Positions 31,498 through 40,315 of a stretch of DNA of 48,273 nucleotides are shown here, piece after piece (position 1 is the stretch's first letter; each line of letters opens with the position of its first letter). Source of the stretch: an uncultured Gammaproteobacteria bacterium (lineage in GTDB: Bacteria > Patescibacteriota > Patescibacteriia > Magasanikbacterales > UBA922); assembly GCA_964344965.1 (NCBI GenBank), contig CAYFPJ010000007.1, positions 1-48,273 on the forward strand. Reading direction: 5' to 3'. Position numbers and translations under genes: made by a program. The notes below the pieces were generated by a model that did no database searches, was not told the origin of the DNA, and saw nothing but the letters and a program-made list of their open reading frames with translations.

Positions 31498-34281
31498 ATG
31501 CCCCCAAAACATCGCGGTCTTGTTGATGGAGACCAAAAAACATTTACATACTTATATACTTATCTTTTGACAGGTATCGTTCTGCTGATAGCTGTTTTTT
31601 TATTTGCTGCCCCAGCTAATGCTCAGACATTATCGAATGGTGTGGACGAGAATGATTCCGCCATAGACGAGATCGTCGAAGAGGAGGATTTTGGCATCTT
31701 AGAAGAAGTTGAAGCTCCCGGGAGGTTCCATTTTTTAAAAAGATTTGGTCGCTCTGTCAAAGAATTAACTACTTTTGATCCGATCAAAAAAGCAGAGGTT
31801 CGTCTTCGACATGCCAATTTGGAATTGTTGGAGGGTAAAGTGGCTACTGAAAATGGGGATGTGGATGCTGGCACGGAAGCCATAAAAAGATATGAAGCCA
31901 AATTGGAAAAGATTAAAGCAGACAAATTGGAAGATGGCGGGTCAGAGGCTGCTGCATTTCTAGACACTGTTTTTGATCACCAAATAAAACAACAAAAGAT
32001 TCTTGATAATATCGAGAAACATGTTGGGGAAAATTTGCCAGAGGAGCAGCAGCACAAAATTTTTGAGAATATTCATAGAGTCCAGCAAGACGTGGCCGCT
32101 CATGTGGGCGAAGTTCTTCATGAGGCTGGAGGTGATGAGGGGGATTTTACGGCCCGTATTGATCGTGTTTTACAAAACCAAAGAGGAGGAGATTTTAGAG
32201 AAATAAAAAATTTGGAAGTTTTGAAAAGGATTGGTGATCATATTCCAAGTGACGCAAGAGACGCTGTCCGTCAAGCCGAAGATAATGCTTTACGACGTTT
32301 TGCCGGTCATGCAATGACTATCCCAGCAGAAGAGCGGGCTGAAAGATTTGAACAATACACCAGACACGTCGAGGGTGACGAGACTCTCTTTTTGGAAATT
32401 TTTGACGAGATGAAAACCAGGCTGCAGGGCGACTCTGGTTTGCCTCCAGAGATTTTGGAAAAAATAGAGACTGCCAAAGACATTGCTGTCCGTCGTTTTC
32501 AGGATAAGATTGAATCGTTTGAAGACGATGAATTTCGAGCCAGAGCTCAAAAAAGAGCCATGGCCCGATTTGATCAAGAAGAAGCTGACCTAAGTCATTT
32601 GAGAGTGGTGGAGGAATTTCGTCAGCGAGTTAAATTCGAAGATCAAAAATTGCAAAAAGAAATTGAAGCTGAGCATGAAGCCTCGATCGAAAGGTTTAAA
32701 GAAGCATTCCCAGATGCCCAAAATGATGCTGAGAGGTTTCGTGAGTTGTCAGCTCAGATGGCTAACAATCCTGATCCGACCACCTTCCGCCTCCTTCAAG
32801 AACTTGAGGAGAAGGTGAAGTCAGACCCGGCCAAGAGGGAATTTCTTGAAAAAATGGAACAAGAAACCAAACGTCAATTTGCTGACCGAGCCAGAGAAGA
32901 AGGAGATGAATTTTTTAGACACATATCTACCAACAATCCAAGGGATGTAGAAATTTTCAAAAAATTACAGGCTGATTTCGAGGGGAATCCAGAAGACTTT
33001 TTTGGCCCTAGTGGTCCTGGATTTGGTCCTGGGGACTTTGGTCCTCCACCTGGATTTGATCAATTTTTTGACGATGCTATTGATCATCAGGCGGGTGTAA
33101 TCACTAGTCACTTGGAAGATATAAATGATCCAGAATTGTTTGGAGATTTTGAAAGAAGATTTGATGATATTCCACCAGAAATAATAGAAGAAATAAAGCG
33201 CCGTGATCGTCATTTTGAGTTGAGATTTGAGCATAAAAAAGATTTTGTATCTCAATTTGAGTTTGATGAGCGAAATGGGGGGAATTTCGACCAACAATGG
33301 GAAAGCGAAAGGCATCGTTTTGATAGAGAATTTGACGAGTTTGAAGATCGTAGATTTGAAGATGATAGAGATAGAGAGTGGAAAGAAAGATTTGACAGAG
33401 AAGGTCAGGGCGAGTTTGGTCCAGATTTTGATCATGATGTGGATTTCAATCATCCTCAAGATAGTTTTGTACCATCAGGTCCAGAATTTGATTCAGGCCA
33501 TCCTGACCAATTTCATCCTGGACAGTTTGATCCAGATTTTGAAAACCATGAATTTGATAATCATCCAGGAGGGCATGAAAAATTTGAAGATCACAAATTT
33601 GGACCAAATTTCAAAGAAGAATTTGATGGTGATTTTAAATCTGAAGATGAGTTCGGTCCAGACTTTTTTCCTGGATCAAAGTTTGATGAAAAAAATGAAG
33701 ATTTTCCGTTAGGCTCACCAGGGTTTGACGGTCACGAAGATGAACATAAATTTGAACAACCAAAGTCTAACAATCAAGACTTCGATGATAAAAAAGATGA
33801 TTTTTCTAATTTAGATGATTTTGGTCCAGTAGATTCCTCCTTAGATCAATTCCATCCAGAGCAAGTAGAGCCGAATTTTGATCCAGGACCTCCTCAACCT
33901 GTCGGCCAAAATAATTTTGAAGGACCAGGCTCTTCATTTGATAAATTCCAACCAGAATCATCAGATTCCAAATTTGATTCAGACCATTCACAGCCCCAGT
34001 CTTTTGGGAAAGATTCTGGTCCGCCGCAAGTTCAATCTGACCAGCCAAAATCGCCTCCAGGTCCAGAGCAAGAATCAATCAAGCAGGAACCTCCACAATC
34101 TCCAGGAGGATTTGACCCTGGCAGTCCCGGACCAGGGATACCTCCTTCAGAAGGAGGTCCGGATTCATCTCCTTCCAATGTCTTACAGAGTTTCATCTCA
34201 GATGTAACTGGAAACTTCAATTTTATCCGTAATTTCTTTGTAGATACGGTGTCGGCGGCCTCTAGGTTGTTTTTAAACTAA
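31498..34281 (+). CDS. Secreted DUF5667-like protein with a very acidic, F/D/E/P-rich low-complexity C-terminal half
   Basis: Signal/anchor ..LLIAVFLFAAPANA-Q. FHFLKRFGRSVKELTTF..KAEVRLRHANLEL resembles the DUF5667 N-terminal region. The C-terminal ~450 aa is dominated by FD/FE/GP repeats. Confidence 0.7.
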   Translation: MPPKHRGLVDGDQKTFTYLYTYLLTGIVLLIAVFLFAAPANAQTLSNGVDENDSAIDEIVEEEDFGILEEVEAPGRFHFLKRFGRSVKELTTFDPIKKAEVRLRHANLELLEGKVATENGDVDAGTEAIKRYEAKLEKIKADKLEDGGSEAAAFLDTVFDHQIKQQKILDNIEKHVGENLPEEQQHKIFENIHRVQQDVAAHVGEVLHEAGGDEGDFTARIDRVLQNQRGGDFREIKNLEVLKRIGDHIPSDARDAVRQAEDNALRRFAGHAMTIPAEERAERFEQYTRHVEGDETLFLEIFDEMKTRLQGDSGLPPEILEKIETAKDIAVRRFQDKIESFEDDEFRARAQKRAMARFDQEEADLSHLRVVEEFRQRVKFEDQKLQKEIEAEHEASIERFKEAFPDAQNDAERFRELSAQMANNPDPTTFRLLQELEEKVKSDPAKREFLEKMEQETKRQFADRAREEGDEFFRHISTNNPRDVEIFKKLQADFEGNPEDFFGPSGPGFGPGDFGPPPGFDQFFDDAIDHQAGVITSHLEDINDPELFGDFERRFDDIPPEIIEEIKRRDRHFELRFEHKKDFVSQFEFDERNGGNFDQQWESERHRFDREFDEFEDRRFEDDRDREWKERFDREGQGEFGPDFDHDVDFNHPQDSFVPSGPEFDSGHPDQFHPGQFDPDFENHEFDNHPGGHEKFEDHKFGPNFKEEFDGDFKSEDEFGPDFFPGSKFDEKNEDFPLGSPGFDGHEDEHKFEQPKSNNQDFDDKKDDFSNLDDFGPVDSSLDQFHPEQVEPNFDPGPPQPVGQNNFEGPGSSFDKFQPESSDSKFDSDHSQPQSFGKDSGPPQVQSDQPKSPPGPEQESIKQEPPQSPGGFDPGSPGPGIPPSEGGPDSSPSNVLQSFISDVTGNFNFIRNFFVDTVSAASRLFLN

Positions 34282-34301
34282 ATACACAGAAATCTCTAGA
34301 C

Positions 34302-34363
34302 AAAGGATTCCCGGCGAAAGCCGGGTCAGTACCCACCCGGCTTTCGCCGGGAATCCTTTTTTT
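34302..34363. terminator. 24-bp perfect inverted repeat plus T-run (word-type palindrome acting as terminator)
   Basis: aaaggattcccggcgaaagccggg (34302-34325) pairs with cccggctttcgccgggaatccttt (34336-34359), then tttt. Confidence 0.75.
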
Positions 34364-34432
34364 GAAAGAGTTTTATAATCACAAAAAGTATAGTAAACTA
34401 GTTACTAGTTATCAATTACTAGTTACTTTCAC

Positions 34433-35140
34433 ATGCACGTCCCGTTTAACAAAAACTATATTCATCATCGTTCTCCAGACATCGGAGCTACTGTCCGAGA
34501 GCTTGTTTTTGGGATGGAGGATGGAATGGTCTCGACCATGGGCGCGATCACTGGGATTGCTGTTGGAAGTGGTAATCCAGAGATTGTGATTTTGTCTGGG
34601 GCTGTGATCATCGCTGTCGAATCTATTTCTATGGGAGTGGGGTCTTATCTATCCAACAAATCTGAACGAGAAATAAATGAAAATATTATTTCTGAAGAAA
34701 AGGAGGAGATAAAAAACTTTCCAGAAGAAGAAAAAAAAGAAATGCTCGGATTGTTTCTCATGGATGGTTGGTCGAGAAATATGGCTGAGAAGATGACTGA
34801 AGAAGCCAGTAAGGACAAAAAATTGATGCTCAGAGAGATGGCTTATCGAGAATTGAAAGTCAATATTGACATCATGCATTCTCCATGGAAGAATGGGCTG
34901 ATCATGTGGGGATCTTATATTGCTGGAGGTCTCATACCTCTTTCACCTTATTTATTTTCAAATAATTTAGAATTTGTTACTCCGTTGTCAGTTTCTATCA
35001 CCCTGGTAGGATTGTTTGCTCTTGGTAGTGTCACGACACGCTATTCCAAGCGTAAATGGTGGAAGGCGGGGTTGGAGATGTTTGCCTTAGCTAGTTTTGC
35101 TGCTTTGGTTGGGTTTGTGATTGGGAGTTGGGTTGGGTGA
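34433..35140 (+). CDS. VIT1/CCC1 family iron/manganese transporter
   Basis: VRELVFGMEDGMVSTMGAITGIAVGS, a central acidic loop, and C-terminal TM segments. Confidence 0.78.
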   Translation: MHVPFNKNYIHHRSPDIGATVRELVFGMEDGMVSTMGAITGIAVGSGNPEIVILSGAVIIAVESISMGVGSYLSNKSEREINENIISEEKEEIKNFPEEEKKEMLGLFLMDGWSRNMAEKMTEEASKDKKLMLREMAYRELKVNIDIMHSPWKNGLIMWGSYIAGGLIPLSPYLFSNNLEFVTPLSVSITLVGLFALGSVTTRYSKRKWWKAGLEMFALASFAALVGFVIGSWVG

Positions 35141-35177
35141 GATTGTTAATTTACAATTTTAAATTTTAAATTTTTAA

Positions 35178-35203
35178 ACACCGATCAATGCCGGTGTTTT
35201 TTA
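35178..35203. terminator. Terminator between convergent genes
   Basis: acaccg-atcaatgc-cggtgt followed by tttttt. Confidence 0.7.
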
Positions 35204-35235
35204 TTGTATGTGAGTTTTTTTACTAAAAATCTGTC

Positions 35236-36360
35236 TTATTTTTTTCTGAGCTTATAAATTCCTCTCCCCACATACTGCTTCTTCCTCCAATACAACAAAT
35301 TCTCTTCTTCGCCAAAAGGCTCTAGCTCAAAGCCGATTTTTTTTATTTGGTCTACGCAGTCAATTTTCACCCAATTATCTTTATGACGAAATTGAGGGAT
35401 GATAAAGATTGCTACACCATCTTTTTTTAAGATTTTGTGAAAATTTTTAAAACTCTCAGTGTATAGTTCACTTAGCTCACGGGCTTGTGTTTGTAATCGT
35501 TCTTTACTTTCTTTTCCTCGAAGAGGTGCTCCCATGTAGGGTTCACTGATGATAGCATCAATACTACCATGCTTGATGTGTTGTGATAGTTCGGTCGCGT
35601 CCACGGTGTTGAGGTGATAAGAACAATCCACAACGTTGTGGTTTTTTATAAACCAGTCTATATTTTTTTTGGTGTCGGTGATTGCTTTTTTTGACAGATC
35701 TGTGCCTACTAGATTTGTGAACCCCATGTGCCATGCCTCTAAGAGGACAGTACCGGAACCACAGAAAGGATCTAGCAATTTTTTATCTCTCTCTATTTGT
35801 GAGAGATTGATCATTATTCTCGCCAGCTTTGGTGGGAGCATGCCAGACACAGTGTCTGATCCAGGACGGTCATAGTCTCTCTTAGAAAAACTTTCTATAT
35901 CTTGTACTCCGGCTGTGACAAACACCTTTCTGTCGATTATGGTGAAATCTGATTTTCTTTTTACAAGATGATTATGAATGATGGTCGCTGTATTGTTTGC
36001 TTCTATATATCGTACAGATCTGTTTCTAGATTTCAATTCTTTTTTTACAGCCAGGGCAGTCTGTTTGGCATTGTCGCCAGAAACAGAGAAGTGTACTTTA
36101 CCAGTTTTATCTTCATCTAGAGAATCGCTAATAGTTTTTACGATATCTTCATCCAATTCCAGCTCTGTGCCAATTTTGATCACCCCTCCTAGCATTCCTA
36201 TTAATTCTTTTGCGTCAAAAGACTTGTCTGTGTTCACAATCAAGAATTGGTTTAATTGTTTTTGGGATTTTATTTTTATATTTTCACGCAAAAAAATTGC
36301 CTCTATTTCGGCAATTGAAATTTGTTTTTCTCTTCCAAGTTGGAAAATATAATTGAACAT
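35236..36360 (-). CDS. Putative RNA (guanine-N2/adenine-N6 type) methyltransferase, UPF0020/Trm11-RlmL-like
   Basis: SAM motif LLDPFCGSGTVLLEA and catalytic-type motif IISEPYMG; 374 aa. Confidence 0.6.
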   Translation of the reverse strand: MFNYIFQLGREKQISIAEIEAIFLRENIKIKSQKQLNQFLIVNTDKSFDAKELIGMLGGVIKIGTELELDEDIVKTISDSLDEDKTGKVHFSVSGDNAKQTALAVKKELKSRNRSVRYIEANNTATIIHNHLVKRKSDFTIIDRKVFVTAGVQDIESFSKRDYDRPGSDTVSGMLPPKLARIMINLSQIERDKKLLDPFCGSGTVLLEAWHMGFTNLVGTDLSKKAITDTKKNIDWFIKNHNVVDCSYHLNTVDATELSQHIKHGSIDAIISEPYMGAPLRGKESKERLQTQARELSELYTESFKNFHKILKKDGVAIFIIPQFRHKDNWVKIDCVDQIKKIGFELEPFGEEENLLYWRKKQYVGRGIYKLRKK

Positions 36361-36408
36361 AGCTATTCTGGATCTGCTGTTGTTAAGTCTCCTTTTGGAG
36401 AAGCTACA

Positions 36409-36556
36409 TTAAATCTTTAAGCGGTTTTATTCCTCGATGCTTGCATCGAAAAAGTGAAAACTAACATTGGTTGAAATAAGATTTTCTGCCAATACCCCGC
36501 AGCTTGCTGCGGGGATGGCCCGATGAAGTCTTACTTAAACCAAATTTACTTTTATT
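36409..36556 (+). mobile_element. 148-nt MITE-like repeat, copy 3
   Basis: Identical to copy 1. It overlaps the last 22 nt of ORF 36535..36792, including the stop codon. Confidence 0.85.
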
Positions 36557-36792
36557 GGATTTTTGATATTTGTCAATGTGGTGGTGCTATTTTTGTCATC
36601 TAAGTTTTTTTTGACAGCATCATATTTTTTGAAGTCTACCACTTCGTGCCCTATCTCAGATCTCATAAAAATAGTACCTTGTGCCTGCTCAATGGCTGTA
36701 GACGTGGATTGGTAAACAGAGAAAAGGGCAAAAATAGTCAAATTTAAAACGACTATCAAAAAAGTTATCAAAAAAAATCTAACCACTTTCAT
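36535..36792 (-). CDS. Small membrane protein at the distal end of the pilus cluster; C-terminal IKVNLV* encoded by repeat copy 3
   Basis: Start taken at MKVVRFFLITFLIVV (TM segment); the ORF track extends to 36888. Confidence 0.45.
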   Translation of the reverse strand: MKVVRFFLITFLIVVLNLTIFALFSVYQSTSTAIEQAQGTIFMRSEIGHEVVDFKKYDAVKKNLDDKNSTTTLTNIKNPIKVNLV

Positions 36793-36853
36793 CTTAGAAT
36801 AATGTTTGTTTTCAGTCCAAGAAGGGTTTTTTTGGGGCTTGTTTTTTTTGAGG

Positions 36854-37411
36854 TTAATTTGTAGTTTCTGCATAAATATGTCCATCAAACCTAAGGGTAA
36901 TTGATGTATCTTCTTCTAAACTACCCGATCTTTTTTCCCACTGTAGATTAGATATGTTTATATAGTAGGGTAGTCTTTCCATTTCATATAAGAAATTCAT
37001 ATGATTTTCAAAGGTGCCATGGTTTAAAAAGGAAAAAGTATAGTCAACACCATCACTATTTGGTAGTTGTATGTTAGTTGAGTTGGCATGTAGGGTTTGT
37101 GTTATTGAATATTTTTTTGCTAGACCTTCTAATTCTATAATGACAGATAATTCTTGACCTGGCGTGATGAAAGACTTTTTTATATTATCTATTTCTTTTT
37201 CTATTGCGCTTAGTTCATTTAGAGTACGTTTCATCTGTCGGGTTTTTTGGTAGTCTATTTCCATTGACTTATGAATACTTGTGATTTCTTTTTGGAGTGC
37301 CTCTATTTTTTTCAAGGTCGGTAATATAATTGTAATCAAGATCAAAACAATTAACAGGAAAATTCCAGCGTTTTTTATTATTAATTGAGTGTTTACAGAA
37401 AATCTTTTCAT
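36854..37411 (-). CDS. pilO: PilO-like type IV pilus assembly protein
   Basis: N-terminal TM, coiled-coil, 185 aa, positioned after pilM-pilN. Confidence 0.5.
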   Translation of the reverse strand: MKRFSVNTQLIIKNAGIFLLIVLILITIILPTLKKIEALQKEITSIHKSMEIDYQKTRQMKRTLNELSAIEKEIDNIKKSFITPGQELSVIIELEGLAKKYSITQTLHANSTNIQLPNSDGVDYTFSFLNHGTFENHMNFLYEMERLPYYINISNLQWEKRSGSLEEDTSITLRFDGHIYAETTN

Positions 37412-37421
37412 AACGTGACAC

Positions 37422-37955
37422 TTAGATGCTTATGGGAATATTGAAAACAAAAGGAACTTCTTCTGGCTTGGTAAGTTGTTCAAGAGGAACTTGGATGGTA
37501 TCTATGTAGTCTAGTTCTTCTAGGCTATTTTTTAGCCTCAGCAAATCTTCTCTTGTCTTTGCTTGACCAGATAGGATTAATTTTTGATCATTTTTTTTGA
37601 TATCAATTAGAGATAGAGAAATATTTGGTGTGATTTTGTCACTAAATTTTTGCATAAAATTAGTCCAAGGCATATACCCATCTTGGATTTGCTCCAGGTT
37701 GGCTAGTGTGTCATTTATTTCTTTGCAATTACATTTTTGTTTGATGGTGTGAGATGGGCTAATTATGGCTGTGCTGGCAGTAGCCTCAAAAAAATAGTTT
37801 TGTAAGATAGATTGGGCCCCTAGCAAGGCCATGCCGAATATGGCGACAAAAATTAATAAAATTTCTATTGAAAATTTTAAAAATTGGACATAAAGAATTT
37901 TGGCGAGATAGGCCTTTTTGTGTTTTGGTGCGATGTTCAATCTTGTGGGGTGCAT
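37422..37955 (-). CDS. pilN: PilN-like type IV pilus assembly protein
   Basis: Single TM after a short cytoplasmic N-terminus, 177 aa, immediately downstream of pilM. Confidence 0.5.
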   Translation of the reverse strand: MHPTRLNIAPKHKKAYLAKILYVQFLKFSIEILLIFVAIFGMALLGAQSILQNYFFEATASTAIISPSHTIKQKCNCKEINDTLANLEQIQDGYMPWTNFMQKFSDKITPNISLSLIDIKKNDQKLILSGQAKTREDLLRLKNSLEELDYIDTIQVPLEQLTKPEEVPFVFNIPISI

Positions 37956-37962
37956 ACTTAGT

Positions 37963-39069
37963 CTAGATGGTATCGTGAGAGGAAAAAGGATTGTCTGCTG
38001 CTCTTAGGGCCAACCCTATGGCCGTTGCAAATTTTAAGGACTCTTCTTTATTTTCGTGTTGATCATTGGAAGATAGATTTTTCCAAACATTTCCTGGAGC
38101 ACACTCTATGTTTAGTTTTTTTGATAAGATCTCTGGAAGCTTTTTTAGTAATGCGCCTCCGCCACACATAGTGATGTGAGTAATGTTGTTGGGATTTATG
38201 AAGCGTGAATTATAAAAATTTATAGACTCATTTATATCCTCCACCAACGTGTCAATTGATTGTGACAATAATTGCAATATGTGACCGTGCTTTTCATTAT
38301 AGGCAAATCCGTACTTTATTTTTTTGTTTTCAGCTTCTTTTCTGGTGATATGCAGTGACTGTTCAAAAATAGTATTTATAAGCTCTCCAGAAAACGGCAG
38401 AGTTTGACTGAATTGGATAATGTCATGATCATAGATAATCAAACTAGAACGTGACGCCCCTATATCTAGTAAGCCTCTGGCTTCTCCTTCGTATTGCTTT
38501 GAAGCTGTAATCATGGAGCGAGCTATTGCCAGAGCCTCAATATCCAAACCTACAATACCAAGACCAAGGCTTTCTAGTAGGTAGGTATACATATCAGAGA
38601 TGTTTTTTTGGGTTGCACCTACTAGGATAGATGTGTGGGTTTCATTTTTTTTGGGTATATATTGCCAGTCAAAATAATATGTTCCTTCGTCGAAAGGTAT
38701 GTGTTTTTTGACATGTTCTAATACATCTTGTTCGGTGATTTTGTCTGGTTTTTTTTTGATTTCGATATGACGAAGAAATGTCTTGGTCTCTGGCAATCCT
38801 GCAACCACCCATGAGCTTTCCATTGGTTTGCGACCATCATTTGTGGATGAGAGCATCTCTTGTATTTTTTTGCGTACTTCTTCTGGTTTTTGTATCTCTC
38901 CATCAATAATTAAGCCTGGTGGTAAGGAAATGGACTTGGTGTTAACTATTTTGTATTCTGCTTTTTTATGACCTTTGGAAATATTCTTGAGTTGTACTGC
39001 TTTCACAGAAAGATCTCCTACATCTAGACCAAAGGCATTGGGGAATATTTGATTGAACATAGTAATCAA
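37963..39069 (-). CDS. pilM: Type IV pilus assembly protein PilM (actin-like ATPase fold)
   Basis: 368 aa with FGLDVGDLSVKAV.., ..LLDIGASRSSLII.., ..MCGGGALL.. Confidence 0.78.
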   Translation of the reverse strand: MITMFNQIFPNAFGLDVGDLSVKAVQLKNISKGHKKAEYKIVNTKSISLPPGLIIDGEIQKPEEVRKKIQEMLSSTNDGRKPMESSWVVAGLPETKTFLRHIEIKKKPDKITEQDVLEHVKKHIPFDEGTYYFDWQYIPKKNETHTSILVGATQKNISDMYTYLLESLGLGIVGLDIEALAIARSMITASKQYEGEARGLLDIGASRSSLIIYDHDIIQFSQTLPFSGELINTIFEQSLHITRKEAENKKIKYGFAYNEKHGHILQLLSQSIDTLVEDINESINFYNSRFINPNNITHITMCGGGALLKKLPEILSKKLNIECAPGNVWKNLSSNDQHENKEESLKFATAIGLALRAADNPFSSHDTI

Positions 39070-40169
39070 AAGTTTTGGACTAGTGAATACATAGGCATTA
39101 TCACTGCTACTGCCACACCTCCTACTGCCAAACCAAGCATGATGATAAGTACTGGCTCGATGATAGTGGTGAAATTTTTCATGGTTTTATCTACTTCTGT
39201 GTTGTAAAAATCGGCTAGTTCAGTAAGTAAATTGTCAATTTCACCGGTCTGCTCACCGACCATGATCATCTCTGTTACCATTGGTGGAAATATTCTGTTG
39301 TATCGACGAAGTATTTCTGAGAGCGGTGTACCACTTTTTATTTCTTCGCTTGCTTTGTGTAGTGATTCTTTATATAAAACATTGCTACATGTGTCTGCTG
39401 TAATATCTACTGAGTCAATGATCGGAATGGCACTTTTCATGAGAGAAGATAGTGTCATTGAGAAACGAGCCAAATTTATTTTTTTTATTACTGATCCAAA
39501 TATCGGGATACGCAGGTTGATATTGTGAATCATGCGCTTGAATGAAGGAGATTTTTTTAGCAACATTACAAAGCCCACTATCAGTAGTCCCAAAAGTGAG
39601 ACAAGAATAGCTAGATTTATCGGATTGCTTACGAATTCTGTGATAGCGATTAGTATTTTGGTGGCCAGAGGTAATTCTGAGTCAAATTCACTAAATATTG
39701 TGATAAGCTTTGGTAGAACGACAGTCGTCATCAGGACACCAATCCCAATCATTGCCATTACAACTACTGATGGATAGATCATGGCACTACGAATACTGGA
39801 TTTGAGTTGTTGAGTTTTTTGCATTTGTGTCGCGACTTGTTCAAGCGCATTTTCTAGCTTTCCACTTACTTCACCAGCAGAGACCATTTTTACATATATT
39901 GGCGGGAATATTTTTGGGTATTTTGCCAGAACTGCACTAAATGATTTTCCTTCGTTTACCTCTTTTTTTATTTCCCAGATTATTTTTTGGAAGCTCTTGT
40001 TGGAAGTCTCTTTGTGTAGTATCTCCAGGGATGCCACCAGAGACAAGCCAGCATGGATCATTGTTCGTAAGTGTTCTACAAAAAATATTTTTTGGACAAA
40101 AGAAATATGAGAAAAGTGTGTAGCTACCCAATCATTTAGTTTTTTTTCAAATTTTGTTAGCTCCCTCAT
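39066..40169 (-). CDS. pilC: Type IV pilus platform protein PilC (GspF family)
   Basis: Two GspF repeats and three TM segments. Start taken at MRELTKFEKK (40169) rather than 40253. Confidence 0.85.
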   Translation of the reverse strand: MRELTKFEKKLNDWVATHFSHISFVQKIFFVEHLRTMIHAGLSLVASLEILHKETSNKSFQKIIWEIKKEVNEGKSFSAVLAKYPKIFPPIYVKMVSAGEVSGKLENALEQVATQMQKTQQLKSSIRSAMIYPSVVVMAMIGIGVLMTTVVLPKLITIFSEFDSELPLATKILIAITEFVSNPINLAILVSLLGLLIVGFVMLLKKSPSFKRMIHNINLRIPIFGSVIKKINLARFSMTLSSLMKSAIPIIDSVDITADTCSNVLYKESLHKASEEIKSGTPLSEILRRYNRIFPPMVTEMIMVGEQTGEIDNLLTELADFYNTEVDKTMKNFTTIIEPVLIIMLGLAVGGVAVAVIMPMYSLVQNF

Positions 40170-40187
40170 ATATTTAGATAACCTAAT

Positions 40188-40304
40188 AAATCCAAAACAA
40201 CAACAAATCACAAATCCAAAACAGATTTCAATTATCAAACTCCAAATATACAAACATCTATATTTATTAGTTGATAATTGGGGCTTGTTTTGGTACTGGT
40301 GTTG
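40188..40304 (-). other. Long nested hairpin in the pilB-pilC spacer
   Basis: aaatccaaaacaaca (40188-40202) pairs with tgttgttttggattt (40290-40304). The inner pair is caattatcaa / ttgataattg. Confidence 0.5.
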
Positions 40305-40315
40305 TTTTGGATTTA

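Noticed and set aside
39937-40253. Longer pilC start at 40253 and the small ORFs around 39937-40131.
   Set aside because: The N-terminal 28 residues from 40253 are encoded by the hairpin-forming spacer. GspF-family similarity begins after MRELTKF (40169).
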